A DNA stretch of 64,000 nt from Candidatus Omnitrophota bacterium (GTDB lineage: Bacteria > Omnitrophota > Gorgyraeia > JABMRN01 > RBG-13-46-9). Below the pieces are notes generated by a model. The model saw nothing but the letters and a program-made list of their open reading frames with translations. It searched no databases and was not told the DNA's origin. The first letter of the stretch is position 1, and each line of letters starts with the position of its first letter. The stretch lies in NCBI GenBank assembly GCA_013203315.1, contig JABMQJ010000016.1:4956-68955 (forward strand). Direction: 5' to 3'. Shown piece after piece: positions 50,953 through 60,790 of this stretch. The translations under genes were made by a program, and so were the position numbers.

Positions 50953-53628
50953 ATGCCTGATAGCTCAAACAAAAAATTTTTTCTGATTGACGGTAACTCA
51001 TTTTGCTACAGGGCCTATTACGCCATAAGGCACCTGTCTAACTCCAAGGGGCAAGCCACGAATGCTATCTATGGGGTTATTGCGATGATCAGAAAGATTA
51101 TCAAGGATGAAAAACCCGACATGCTAGCTGTTGCATTTGACTTAAAGGGGCCGACATTCAGGCACGAAAAATTTAAGGACTATAAGGCAACGCGAAAGCC
51201 CATGCCAGATGACCTGGCCAGTCAATTGCCGTACATAAAGAAGATTGTGAAAGCCTACAATATACCCATTTACGAAATGCAGGGGTACGAGGCGGACGAT
51301 GTCCTGGCGACCCTTGCCGAAAAGTGCGCCAAGGCAAGGAATATAGACACCTTTTTGGTTACAAGTGACAAAGATGCGATGCAGCTTGTAGGGTCCCGCA
51401 TAAAAGTTTATAGCCCGCACAAGGATGGCATGGTCTATGGCGAAAAAGAGGTTAAGGAAAGGTTCGGAGTCGGGCCGGATAAGATAACCGATCTTATGGC
51501 GCTGATGGGAGACGCCTCGGACAATATTCCCGGCGTACCCGGCATAGGCGAAAAAACCGCAGTGGAGCTTATGAAGAAATTTGATAGTCTTGAAGACATT
51601 TTGAAGAATGTCCATAAGGTTAAAAGTCAGTCGCAGCGAAAAAAAATTGAGCAGTCAAAAGAACTTGCGCTTTTGAGTAAGAATCTTGCGACCGTTGACA
51701 GGAATGTCCCTATAGAGATGGACTTAGATGACCTGCGTATGCAGGAGCCAAATGAAAAGGCGCTTATAGAGCTTTTTACGGAACTAGAATTCAAAAACCT
51801 ATTAAAAGACATAACGCCGAAGCAAAAGCACGAGGGCGCTTACAATATTGTCGATAATAAAAAAAGTTTTATGAAATTAGTGCAAGCGTTGAAGAGTGTA
51901 AAGAGCTTTGCGTTTGATTTTGAGACAACCCACTACGACCCCATGCGTGCCGTACCATGCGGTGTATCGTTTTGCTGGAGCGAGGGGGAGGCTAGTTACA
52001 TACCGCTTAATGCTCTTACGGATATATCTAAAGAGGAAGTTCTGGAAGGATTAAAGGGGATTTTTGAAAATAGCAATATAAAGAAAATCGGGCAGAACAT
52101 AAAATACGATGCGTTGATTCTAAGAAATCTTGGCATTCCGGTAAAAGGCATCGCATTTGATACCATGGTCGCTTCATATCTTTTAAACCCGTCCAAATCA
52201 CGGCATAATCTTGGCGATATAGCGTTTGAGCACCTGGGGCGCGTTATGGAGTCGATTGAGGATCTGATAGGGAAGGGCAAAAAGGCCATTACCATGGATC
52301 AGGTTGACGTCCGAAAAGTCTGTGACTACTGTTGTGCGGATAGCGATGCCACATTTAGCGCCAAGGCAGTCCTTCTTAAAAAAATGGAGGAAAAAAACCT
52401 CGAAAAATTATTTTCTGACGTCGAAATGCCGCTTATTGATGTATTGGCCGACATGGAATTCTCAGGTGTAAGCATTGACACCAAATACCTTAATGCTCTT
52501 TCCGGGGATCTGGAAAAAGAGATTAAGAAGCTCGAGAAAATAATTTTTGAGCTTGCCGGAGAAAGTTTTAACATAAACTCGCCGAAGCAACTCCAGGTTA
52601 TACTTTTTGAAAAATTAAAAATGCCTGTCATAAAAAAGATAAAGACAGGCGCTTCGACAAACGAAGAAGTGCTGCGGATTTTATCTGAAAAAGAACGTCT
52701 ACCAAAAGAAATTTTGCGTTATAGGACGCTGGCAAAATTAACCTCGACCTATGTCGATAGCCTGCCCACACTTATAAATCCGAAAACAGGGCGGATACAC
52801 ACCTCTTTCAATCAGACGGTAACCGCAACAGGCAGGCTTTCATCAAGCAATCCGAATGTGCAGAATATCCCCATAAAGACCGAAACCGGCAAGAAGATTC
52901 GCAAGGCCTTTGTTGCGGAGAAAAAAGAGCAGATAATACTCTCGGCGGATTATTCGCAGATAGAGCTTCGAATTTTAGCGCATCTTTCCGGAGACAGTAA
53001 TCTCATCCAGGCCTTTAAAGAAGATAGAGACATTCACGCCTTTACCGCCTCCTTAATATACGGTCTTGATGAAAAAGATGTTGACCAAAAAATGAGAAGC
53101 GCGGCAAAAACAGTAAATTTCGGTATCGTCTACGGGATTAGCGCCTATGGCCTATCGCGGGACCTGGGGATTGATGTCCGCGAAGCCGCAAAGTTCATAG
53201 ACTCCTATTTCGAGCGTTATCCCCTGGTAAAAACTTATCTGGAAGAAAAGGTAAAAGAAACAAGAGAACAGGGTTTTGTAACCACGATTCTCGGAAGGCG
53301 CCGCTATATACCGGAAATTAATTCGGAAAATGTTTCCGTGCGCAATTTTGCCGAACGCACGGCAGTAAATACGCCCATACAGGGATCAGCCGCGGACTTA
53401 ATAAAGCTCGCAATGATCGAGATACATGGGTCGCTCGATGATTTTGACGCCAGGATGATCCTGCAAGTCCATGATGAGCTTGTTTTTGAAGTAGGGAAGA
53501 AGGATTTGAAAAAGTTTGCGAAAGTCGTAAAAAGAGGCATGGAAAATGTGATGAATCTAAAAGTGCCCATAACCGTGCGCCTTGAGGCCGGAAGCAACTG
53601 GCTTGAAATGGAGACTGTTGGGCTGTGA
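50953..53628 (+). CDS. polA: DNA polymerase I
   Basis: 5'-3' exonuclease N-terminus ('FFLIDGNSFCYRAYYA'), 3'-5' exo domain, polymerase motifs A ('ILSADYSQIELRILAHLS'), B ('RSAAKTVNFGIVYGIS'), C ('LQVHDELVFE'); 891 aa. Confidence 0.95.
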   Translation: MPDSSNKKFFLIDGNSFCYRAYYAIRHLSNSKGQATNAIYGVIAMIRKIIKDEKPDMLAVAFDLKGPTFRHEKFKDYKATRKPMPDDLASQLPYIKKIVKAYNIPIYEMQGYEADDVLATLAEKCAKARNIDTFLVTSDKDAMQLVGSRIKVYSPHKDGMVYGEKEVKERFGVGPDKITDLMALMGDASDNIPGVPGIGEKTAVELMKKFDSLEDILKNVHKVKSQSQRKKIEQSKELALLSKNLATVDRNVPIEMDLDDLRMQEPNEKALIELFTELEFKNLLKDITPKQKHEGAYNIVDNKKSFMKLVQALKSVKSFAFDFETTHYDPMRAVPCGVSFCWSEGEASYIPLNALTDISKEEVLEGLKGIFENSNIKKIGQNIKYDALILRNLGIPVKGIAFDTMVASYLLNPSKSRHNLGDIAFEHLGRVMESIEDLIGKGKKAITMDQVDVRKVCDYCCADSDATFSAKAVLLKKMEEKNLEKLFSDVEMPLIDVLADMEFSGVSIDTKYLNALSGDLEKEIKKLEKIIFELAGESFNINSPKQLQVILFEKLKMPVIKKIKTGASTNEEVLRILSEKERLPKEILRYRTLAKLTSTYVDSLPTLINPKTGRIHTSFNQTVTATGRLSSSNPNVQNIPIKTETGKKIRKAFVAEKKEQIILSADYSQIELRILAHLSGDSNLIQAFKEDRDIHAFTASLIYGLDEKDVDQKMRSAAKTVNFGIVYGISAYGLSRDLGIDVREAAKFIDSYFERYPLVKTYLEEKVKETREQGFVTTILGRRRYIPEINSENVSVRNFAERTAVNTPIQGSAADLIKLAMIEIHGSLDDFDARMILQVHDELVFEVGKKDLKKFAKVVKRGMENVMNLKVPITVRLEAGSNWLEMETVGL

Positions 53629-54209
53629 AGCTGGTAGTAGGCATAACAGGAAATTTTGGAACAGGGAAAACAACCGTAGCTAATTTTTTTAAGGCTTGCG
53701 GGGCGCATGTTATTAATGCCGATAAAATTGTGCACGAAATATATAGGAATGATAAGCGTATCCAGAAAAAAATACGACAGACCTTTGGAAGCGGCGTTTT
53801 CCGAAAAGGCACCATTGATAGAGGCGAGCTTGCGCGGGCGGCATTTTCAAAAGGACGCCTCTTAGGAAAGCTATGCAATATAGTATATCCCGAAACAGTA
53901 AAAAAAATAAGCGAAAGACTTAAAAAATCAAAAAAATCTATTAATATCTTGGACGCGCCGATGTTAATAGAGTCAGGGCTCAATAATTATGTGGATTATA
54001 TTGTGGTGGTATGCGCAAGTAAAAGAAATCAGATGAGAAGATGTGCTTCGCTGGGATTTGCTCCCGATGAGATTGGGAAGCGGCTTCTATTCCAAATGCC
54101 AAGCACTAAAAAAATAAAGTTTGCAGATTTTGTAATTAATAATAATCGCTCGAAAGAGCACGTAAGAAAGGAAGTAAAAAAGATATGGCGAAAGTTAAAG
54201 AGGAGGTAG
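53625..54209 (+). CDS. coaE: Dephospho-CoA kinase
   Basis: '[19 protein letters not shown]' P-loop N-terminus, ~190 aa; polA-coaE adjacency is common. Confidence 0.85.
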   Translation: MKLVVGITGNFGTGKTTVANFFKACGAHVINADKIVHEIYRNDKRIQKKIRQTFGSGVFRKGTIDRGELARAAFSKGRLLGKLCNIVYPETVKKISERLKKSKKSINILDAPMLIESGLNNYVDYIVVVCASKRNQMRRCASLGFAPDEIGKRLLFQMPSTKKIKFADFVINNNRSKEHVRKEVKKIWRKLKRR

Positions 54210-54211
54210 GG

Positions 54212-55468
54212 ATGGATAATATTAATATCGAAAAATTAAAATCGCTTAACATGACCGAGCTAAACAAGGTCGCCAAGGGACTCAAAATAAATAATTTGGC
54301 AGGCCTTAAAAAACAGGACCTCATTTTTAAAATCCTTCAGGCGAAAACCGAGAAGGAAGGGCTAATATTCGGTGAAGGGGTGCTTGAAGTCCTTCCTGAC
54401 GGATTTGGTTTTTTAAGAAGCCCCAAATATAACTACCTTCCCTGTCCCGATGACATTTATATTTCACCGTCGCAAATAAGAAGGTTTAGCTTGCGCACGG
54501 GGGATACGGTAAGCGGGCAAATACGGCCCCCGAAGGACGGGGAAAGATACTTCGCGCTTCTTAAAGTAGAAGCCGTAAACTTTGAAAATCCGGAAAGTGC
54601 AAAAGATAAAATTCTGTTTGATAACCTAACGCCTCTGTATCCGAACGTGAGATATTCGCTGGAGACAGATCCGGAAGAGATCTCTATGCGAGTAATGGAT
54701 CTCTTGACGCCGGTAGGCAAGGGCCAGCGCGGAATGATTGTCGCACAGCCATACAGCGGAAAGACGGTACTTCTACAGAAATTCGCCAATAGTATAACGA
54801 CAAATTATCCTGACGCTGTCTTGCTCGTATTGTTAATAGATGAAAGACCCGAAGAAGTAACAGACATGATAAGATCGGTAAAGGGAGAGGTTGTAAGCTC
54901 TACATTTGATGAACCGGCGGAAAGGCACACTCAGGTAGCAGAAATGGTCCTGGAAAAAGCAAAGAGGCTTGTAGAGCACAAAAGGGATGTTATAATACTT
55001 CTGGATTCAATAACAAGGCTAGCAAGGGCATATAACTCTGTCATGCCGCACTCAGGAAAAATACTCTCCGGTGGCGTAGACTCAAATGCGCTACAAAAAC
55101 CGAAGAGGTTCCTCGGTGCCGCACGAAACATCGAAGAGGGCGGCTCGCTTACAATCATAGCAACAGCGCTTGTGGAAACAGGCTCCCGAATGGACGAAGT
55201 TATATTCGAGGAATTTAAAGGAACGGGCAACATGGAGTTACAGTTAGACAGGACACTTTTCCAACGAAGAGTTTATCCTGCCATCGACATTAAGAAGTCC
55301 AACACAAGAAAAGAAGAGCTTCTTGTCGAAAGCGACGAGCTCCAGAAAATATGGCTTATGCGCAAGGCCCTTAATGACTTAAGCAGCGTAGAGGCAATGG
55401 AGCTTTTAATCGAGAAACTCAAAAAAACAAAGACGAACAAAGAATTTTTAAAGTCACTAAACAAGTAA
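54212..55468 (+). CDS. rho: Transcription termination factor Rho
   Basis: N-terminal '[16 protein letters not shown]', CSD-like RNA-binding '[15 protein letters not shown]', RecA-like ATPase with Q/R loops. Start at the ATG 54212 with strong RBS 'aggaggtaggg' (track start 54185 overlaps coaE). Confidence 0.9.
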   Translation: MDNINIEKLKSLNMTELNKVAKGLKINNLAGLKKQDLIFKILQAKTEKEGLIFGEGVLEVLPDGFGFLRSPKYNYLPCPDDIYISPSQIRRFSLRTGDTVSGQIRPPKDGERYFALLKVEAVNFENPESAKDKILFDNLTPLYPNVRYSLETDPEEISMRVMDLLTPVGKGQRGMIVAQPYSGKTVLLQKFANSITTNYPDAVLLVLLIDERPEEVTDMIRSVKGEVVSSTFDEPAERHTQVAEMVLEKAKRLVEHKRDVIILLDSITRLARAYNSVMPHSGKILSGGVDSNALQKPKRFLGAARNIEEGGSLTIIATALVETGSRMDEVIFEEFKGTGNMELQLDRTLFQRRVYPAIDIKKSNTRKEELLVESDELQKIWLMRKALNDLSSVEAMELLIEKLKKTKTNKEFLKSLNK

Positions 55469-55478
55469 AGGAGGAGGA

Positions 55479-55760
55479 ATGAAACCTAAAATTCATCCGG
55501 AATACAAGGATACCGCTATCGTGTGCGCTTGCGGGGAAGTCATACAGACCAGGAGCACAAGGCAAAATATCCACATCGAGATCTGTTCAAAATGTCACCC
55601 GTTTTTTACCGGCAAACAAAAGCTAATTGACTCAGCCGGAAGGGTTGATAAATTCATGAAAAGATATGAAAAAAAACAGAAACCGAAAGCGAAGAAGGAA
55701 AAAATTGTCGAGCAAGATTCCCCCGCTAAAGAAGAAAAAGAAAAGCAGGAAAAAGAATAA
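55479..55760 (+). CDS. rpmE: 50S ribosomal protein L31 (Zn-ribbon type) with Lys/Glu-rich C-terminal tail
   Basis: '[27 protein letters not shown]...[14 protein letters not shown]' (C-x-C...C-x2-H-type ribbon) plus a ~25-aa K/E-rich extension. Confidence 0.9.
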   Translation: MKPKIHPEYKDTAIVCACGEVIQTRSTRQNIHIEICSKCHPFFTGKQKLIDSAGRVDKFMKRYEKKQKPKAKKEKIVEQDSPAKEEKEKQEKE

Positions 55761-55766
55761 GAGAAG

Positions 55767-56828
55767 ATGAATAAGAAGTTAGAGGAAAAGTTAAAACGGT
55801 TCTCGGAACTTCAGGAATTGGTTATCGATCCCAAAATCATTTCCAATCAAAAGGAGTACAAAAAATACGCCAAGGAGATGTCGTCTTTACAGAAGATAGT
55901 TTCGAAATACAACGAGTATCAAAAAATTGTTGACGAAATAACTTCGCTTGAAGCTGTACTAGGTGACACCGAGCAGGAGAAAGAATTTCTTAAGTTGGCG
56001 GAAGACGAACTCGAGTCCCATAAAGCCACCAGGGGCAAGCTCCAAGAAGAGTTGGAAGAACTTCTCCTCGAAAAAGACGAAAATGCAGATAAGGACATCA
56101 TAATGGAAATACGCCAGGGGACCGGTGGCGTAGAAGCTGCTTTATTTGCGCATGACCTCTTCAGGATGTATTCGAGATATGCGGCAAGGAAAGGCTGGAA
56201 GGTTGAAACCATATCTGCCAGTGTCACAGAAAAAGGCGGTTTTAAAGAGGCTATATTTTCGGTGTCCGGTGATGGCGTTTACGGTGACTTTAAGTATGAA
56301 AGCGGTACGCACAGAGTACAGCGCGTCCCTGCCACAGAGACTAGCGGTCGCATACATACCTCAGCGGCAACAGTAGCGGTACTACCGGAAGCTGAAGATG
56401 TCGACATGGAGATAAAACCGCAAGATTTGCGAATAGATGTTTTCAGGGCGGGTGGTAGAGGCGGCCAACATGTGAACGTTACTGATTCAGCGGTAAGAAT
56501 CACACACATGCCAACGGGCCTTGTTGTGAGTTGCCAGGACGAAAGGTCCCAGTATAAAAATAAGGCAAAGGCGATGAGGGTACTGCGCGCGCGGCTTTTC
56601 GATAAGATAACACAGGATCAAAATAAGAAGCGATCCCGCGATCGCAAGCTGCAAGTTGGTTCGGGTGACAGGTCAGAGAAAATAAGAACTTATAATTTTC
56701 CGGATAGGCGCGTAACAGATCATAGAATTGGATTTACAAAACATAACCTAGAAGGTGTTCTAAATGGCGCGCTTGACGAATTTATAGCTGCCTTAAGAGA
56801 GGCAGACCGCAAAGAGAGGATGAAGTAA
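55767..56828 (+). CDS. prfA: Peptide chain release factor 1
   Basis: GGQ motif '[25 protein letters not shown]'. The RF1 PxT tripeptide was not located, so RF1 vs RF2 rests on position upstream of prmC; no frameshift site as in prfB. Confidence 0.9.
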   Translation: MNKKLEEKLKRFSELQELVIDPKIISNQKEYKKYAKEMSSLQKIVSKYNEYQKIVDEITSLEAVLGDTEQEKEFLKLAEDELESHKATRGKLQEELEELLLEKDENADKDIIMEIRQGTGGVEAALFAHDLFRMYSRYAARKGWKVETISASVTEKGGFKEAIFSVSGDGVYGDFKYESGTHRVQRVPATETSGRIHTSAATVAVLPEAEDVDMEIKPQDLRIDVFRAGGRGGQHVNVTDSAVRITHMPTGLVVSCQDERSQYKNKAKAMRVLRARLFDKITQDQNKKRSRDRKLQVGSGDRSEKIRTYNFPDRRVTDHRIGFTKHNLEGVLNGALDEFIAALREADRKERMK

Positions 56829-56832
56829 GATT

Positions 56833-57483
56833 ATGCGCCAAGCCCCCTTTATGGATTTCGAATTCGAAACGGAAAACGCAGTGCTTTATCCCAGGCCCGA
56901 AACTGAAATCCTGGTGGAAAAAGCCATCGATCTTTTTTTGGGGCACGTTGAATCCGACTCGAAGCCGGCAATACTTGACGTCGGTACAGGATGCGGAAAC
57001 ATCGCAATAAGTTTGACAAAGTATATTCCTTCGGGTAAAATTGTCGCTTTAGATATTTCTGATACGGCTCTTAGGGTCGCAGAGAGTAATGCCATTACAC
57101 ATGGAGTCCGGGAAAGGATAGTTTTTTTAAAAAGCAATCTGTTTGAAAACATAGAAAAGAGTTACGAAAACTATTTTGATTTAATTATTTCGAATCCACC
57201 ATACGTTTCATTAGAAGACTTTTCCTCGCTTTCCGGGGAGGTGAAGAGTGACCCGTACATTGCGCTGTATGGCGGCACTGACGGCATGGACTTTTATAGA
57301 AGGATAGTGAGAGAATCTCCGGCCTTTCTTAAAAGAGGCGGGATTCTGCTTATGGAAACTGGCTACAATCAGGCAGAAGCAGTCAAAACGTTTCTGGAGA
57401 ATTCAGGCAATTTTTGTGACATATGTGTTTATAAAGATTACGCAAATATTGACAGGATTATAAAAGCGAGAAAAAATGGATAG
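56833..57483 (+). CDS. prmC: Release factor glutamine N5-methyltransferase PrmC/HemK (short form)
   Basis: SAM-binding 'ILDVGTGCGNIAISL', catalytic 'ISNPPYVS'; 216 aa, lacks most of the usual N-terminal substrate-binding domain. Confidence 0.8.
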   Translation: MRQAPFMDFEFETENAVLYPRPETEILVEKAIDLFLGHVESDSKPAILDVGTGCGNIAISLTKYIPSGKIVALDISDTALRVAESNAITHGVRERIVFLKSNLFENIEKSYENYFDLIISNPPYVSLEDFSSLSGEVKSDPYIALYGGTDGMDFYRRIVRESPAFLKRGGILLMETGYNQAEAVKTFLENSGNFCDICVYKDYANIDRIIKARKNG

Positions 57484-58747
57484 ATTAGTAATAGAGGGCG
57501 GTAATACCCTTAAAGGCACGATTAATATAAGCGGCGCTAAAAATGCGGCACTTCCGATAATGGCGGCGGCGCTCCTGACAGACGAGACCTGTGTTATAAA
57601 TAATGTCCCTGCACTACGCGATACTGATACGATGATTAGAATTTTACGCGCCATGGAAGCTAAAGTCGAAAGAAAAAAAGAATGCGTTTCTATAACCGGC
57701 GCCTGCGGAAACCTAAAAGCCCCCTATGACCTTGTGAGCACGATGAGGGCTTCTGTCTGTGTCCTGGGGCCGCTTGTCGCAAAAAGAAAATTTGCAGAGG
57801 TTTCCTTTCCCGGTGGCTGCATTATCGGACCGCGTCCGATAGACTTGCACTTAAAGGGATTGGAAAAATTGGGAGCCGAGATAAAGATAAAGTCCGGTTA
57901 TATTATAGCAAAGGCTAAAAAACTTAAAGGAGCTAAGATTTATCTGGGAGGTCATTTTGGTTCAAGTGTTCTTGCAACTGCCAACACAATGATGGCAGCC
58001 ACACTGGCAGAGGGTACAACGGTTATCGAAAATGCGGCCTGCGAACCCGAAATAGTGGACTTGGCTAATTTTCTGATATCAATGGGCGCCAGGATAGAAG
58101 GCCACTCCACTCCTACGGTGATGATAAATGGCGTAAAAAAGCTTCATGCTACGAATTATAAGATAATATCCGATCGCATTGAAACAGGGACATATGCGCT
58201 GGCTGGCGCGATTACAGGCGGCGATATTTTTCTTAAAGGAGCCAAGGCCGCGCATCTCCTTGCCGTAATAGATAAGTTACGTGAATGCGGAATTCATATT
58301 GTCGAACATAAAGACGGACTACGGGTTAAGAGAAAAGTCAAGAGCAAGATAAAGCCCACTTCCGTTACGACACTGCCATATCCGGGTTTTCCGACAGACA
58401 TGCAAGCGCAAATAATGGCGCTTCTTTGCTTGTCAGACGGTATAAGTATTATAACGGAAAAAATTTATCCCGAAAGATTCATACACGTGAGTGAATTAGG
58501 CCGTATGGGGGCGCAAATTATACTTGAAGGCCCGAACGCCATAATCAAGGGCGTAAAGAGCTTAAGCGGCGCCGATGTCATGGCCTCGGATTTGAGGGCG
58601 TCGGCAGCCTTAGTCCTGGCAGGGCTTGTCGCAAAACAAAAGACCCGTGTTCACAGGATATATCACCTTGACCGCGGTTATGAGAAATTAGATAAAAAAT
58701 TGAAAAACGTCGGAGCGAGTATTTGGAGAGAAAAGGAGGAAAAATAA
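57476..58747 (+). CDS. murA: UDP-N-acetylglucosamine 1-carboxyvinyltransferase
   Basis: '[34 protein letters not shown]' N-terminus; the fosfomycin-target active-site Cys is expected in the '[16 protein letters not shown]' region. Confidence 0.9.
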   Translation: MDRLVIEGGNTLKGTINISGAKNAALPIMAAALLTDETCVINNVPALRDTDTMIRILRAMEAKVERKKECVSITGACGNLKAPYDLVSTMRASVCVLGPLVAKRKFAEVSFPGGCIIGPRPIDLHLKGLEKLGAEIKIKSGYIIAKAKKLKGAKIYLGGHFGSSVLATANTMMAATLAEGTTVIENAACEPEIVDLANFLISMGARIEGHSTPTVMINGVKKLHATNYKIISDRIETGTYALAGAITGGDIFLKGAKAAHLLAVIDKLRECGIHIVEHKDGLRVKRKVKSKIKPTSVTTLPYPGFPTDMQAQIMALLCLSDGISIITEKIYPERFIHVSELGRMGAQIILEGPNAIIKGVKSLSGADVMASDLRASAALVLAGLVAKQKTRVHRIYHLDRGYEKLDKKLKNVGASIWREKEEK

Positions 58748-58989
58748 TGGCAGTAGTGTTGAGATTGAAAAGGATGGGGACAAATAAAAAGCCTTTTTAC
58801 AGGATCGTGGCTACCGATAAAAGAAGCCCTAGGGACGGGCGCTTTATCGAAGAAATCGGCTACTACGACCCCAAAAAGAACCCCGCTGATGTAAAAATCG
58901 ACAAGGAACGGGCTCTTTATTGGCTGAAAAACGGCGCAAAGCCATCCGAAACAGTCCGAAGCCTTATTAAGAAGCAAGGCATAAAGTAA
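58747..58989 (+). CDS. rpsP: 30S ribosomal protein S16
   Basis: '[42 protein letters not shown]'. Start at the ATG 58747 overlapping the murA stop (taATG); RBS 'aaggaggaaaaa'. Confidence 0.9.
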   Translation: MAVVLRLKRMGTNKKPFYRIVATDKRSPRDGRFIEEIGYYDPKKNPADVKIDKERALYWLKNGAKPSETVRSLIKKQGIK

Positions 58990-59055
58990 GAAAATTCGAG
59001 ATCCAGAACGTTTGATTGCTTGGAATTTGGTGCTTGGAATTTCAGTTTATAAGCT

Positions 59056-59742
59056 ATGAAAATAGATATACTAACATTATTCCCGGACATGTTCAAAGGC
59101 GTGCTTGGGGAGTCGATGCTGAAAATTGCGCAGGAAAAGAAAAAAGTGCATGTAAACGTGCGCAATATAAGAAACTGGACTTACAATAACCACAAGACAG
59201 CAGACGACAAACCCTACGGCGGGGGCTCAGGCATGGTTATGAAAATTGAGCCGATATATAGAGCCCTTGCCAGCGTAAAAGGTATGGCCAAAGGTAGAAG
59301 AGTAGTCCTTTTAACGCCGCAAGGTAAGCGCTTTAATCAAAGAATGGCGAAGAAGTTGTCAAAAACAAAACACCTGATACTCATATGCGGTCACTACGAG
59401 GGGGTTGATGAAAGAGTAAGATTGCTTGTTACTGACGAGATATCATCGGGGGATTATATATTAACAGGCGGGGAAATACCTGCGATGACGGTATTGGATG
59501 CGGTAATACGCTTGATACCGGGTGTCCTAGGTGATAGCGCATCTCTTAAGTCTGAATCGTTCGAAGACAACTTACTCGAGTATCCTCAGTATACCAGGCC
59601 GCGGGAATTTGAAGGAATGAAAGTTCCTGACATATTGCTAAGCGGGAACCATAAAGCAATTAACCAGTGGCGAAAAAAGGAATCTTTAAAAAAGACAAAG
59701 AAAGTAAGAAATGATTTATTTAAAAAAAGAAGAGAGGAGTAA
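59056..59742 (+). CDS. trmD: tRNA (guanine37-N1)-methyltransferase
   Basis: '[13 protein letters not shown]' SPOUT N-terminus, '[11 protein letters not shown]', '[13 protein letters not shown]'. Confidence 0.9.
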   Translation: MKIDILTLFPDMFKGVLGESMLKIAQEKKKVHVNVRNIRNWTYNNHKTADDKPYGGGSGMVMKIEPIYRALASVKGMAKGRRVVLLTPQGKRFNQRMAKKLSKTKHLILICGHYEGVDERVRLLVTDEISSGDYILTGGEIPAMTVLDAVIRLIPGVLGDSASLKSESFEDNLLEYPQYTRPREFEGMKVPDILLSGNHKAINQWRKKESLKKTKKVRNDLFKKRREE

Positions 59743-59745
59743 ATA

Positions 59746-60114
59746 ATGAACAAGTTAAAAGATTTCGAAGAAAAATATTTAAAAAAGGACATCCCGAAAT
59801 TCAATGTAGGCGATACCGTCCATGTGTACGTCAAAATAAAAGAAGAGGAAAAAACGAGAACCCAGGTTTTTGACGGTACAGTCATAAAGAAGAAAGGCAC
59901 GGGAGTCCGCGCCACATTTATGGTGCGAAGAATTTCCTACGGCGAAGGCGTTGAGAGGACATTTTTAGTCCACTCGCCATTTATTGATAAGGTCGTGGTA
60001 AAAAAGAAGGGTTCCGTAAGAAGGGCCAAGCTTTATTACTTAAGAAACAAGAAAGGTAAAAAGTCTAAAGTTGCGCAAAAAGTTGAAACTCAACCACGAG
60101 CGGAAGGCGCATAA
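59746..60114 (+). CDS. rplS: 50S ribosomal protein L19
   Basis: 'FNVGDTVHVYVKIKEEEKTRTQVFDGTVIKKKG...SYGEGVERTFLVHSPFIDKV' canonical L19. Confidence 0.9.
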   Translation: MNKLKDFEEKYLKKDIPKFNVGDTVHVYVKIKEEEKTRTQVFDGTVIKKKGTGVRATFMVRRISYGEGVERTFLVHSPFIDKVVVKKKGSVRRAKLYYLRNKKGKKSKVAQKVETQPRAEGA

Positions 60115-60685
60115 AGAAGGTTTCAAGCGCGTTGCGGGTATAGATGAGGCGGGCCGCGGCCCTCTGGCCGGGCCGGTAGTGGCCTCTGCTGTGATACTGA
60201 AAGAGACGCGCTTTAAGCAAAGAATAGACGATTCCAAAAAACTCACCCCCTGCGCCCGAAATCTTGCCTACGAAGAAATTATCAGAAAAGCCTGGTTCGG
60301 AATCGGAATAGTCAGCGAAAAAGTTATAGACAAGTTGAATATATATAATGCAACTGCCAGGGCAATGGAGGTCGCTGTAGAGAATCTCGGCATAAAACCC
60401 GACTGTCTCCTTGTTGACGGTAGGATACGAATTAAATCTACGTGTAAAAAAGTAAATCTAATAGGCGGCGACTCCAAGAGCCTCTCAATCGCCTGTGCCT
60501 CGATAATCGCGAAGGTTACCCGTGATAACATCATGTGTAAATATCATAAAAGATATCCCGCCTACGGTTTTTTGCGCCACAAGGGCTATGGCACGAAAGA
60601 GCATCTTCGCAAGCTACTAAAACACGGCCCTTCACCAATACACCGCTTTACATTTAAACCCGTTAAAGACCAATCACATAAATAA
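60071..60685 (+). CDS. rnhB: Ribonuclease HII
   Basis: 'VAGIDEAGRGPLAGPVVASAV' active-site motif, 'LLVDG', 'DSKSLSIACASIIAKVTRD'. Start uncertain: the only in-frame ATG (60071) overlaps rplS by 44 nt. Confidence 0.8.
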   Translation: MRKKLKLNHERKAHKEGFKRVAGIDEAGRGPLAGPVVASAVILKETRFKQRIDDSKKLTPCARNLAYEEIIRKAWFGIGIVSEKVIDKLNIYNATARAMEVAVENLGIKPDCLLVDGRIRIKSTCKKVNLIGGDSKSLSIACASIIAKVTRDNIMCKYHKRYPAYGFLRHKGYGTKEHLRKLLKHGPSPIHRFTFKPVKDQSHK

Positions 60686-60712
60686 GGAGCATTTTTTTGT
60701 CGAATTCGGGTG

Positions 60713-60741
60713 TTGACAAAGGCGTGTACATCGGATATAAT
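60713..60741 (+). promoter_or_regulatory. Consensus sigma70 promoter upstream of fhs (TTGACA-17-TATAAT)
   Basis: TTGACA 60713-60718, exactly 17-nt spacer, TATAAT 60736-60741; RBS 'agtgaggtta' before the ATG 60791. Confidence 0.6.
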
Positions 60742-60790
60742 CAGACCATATTAATTTTGTAGGCGTTAATACAATAAAAAGTGAGGTTAG

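Noticed and set aside
53318-53983. 221-aa minus-strand ORF over the polA 3' end and coaE
   Set aside because: Entirely antisense to two genes with unambiguous motifs (polA motif C, coaE P-loop); no recognisable domain.
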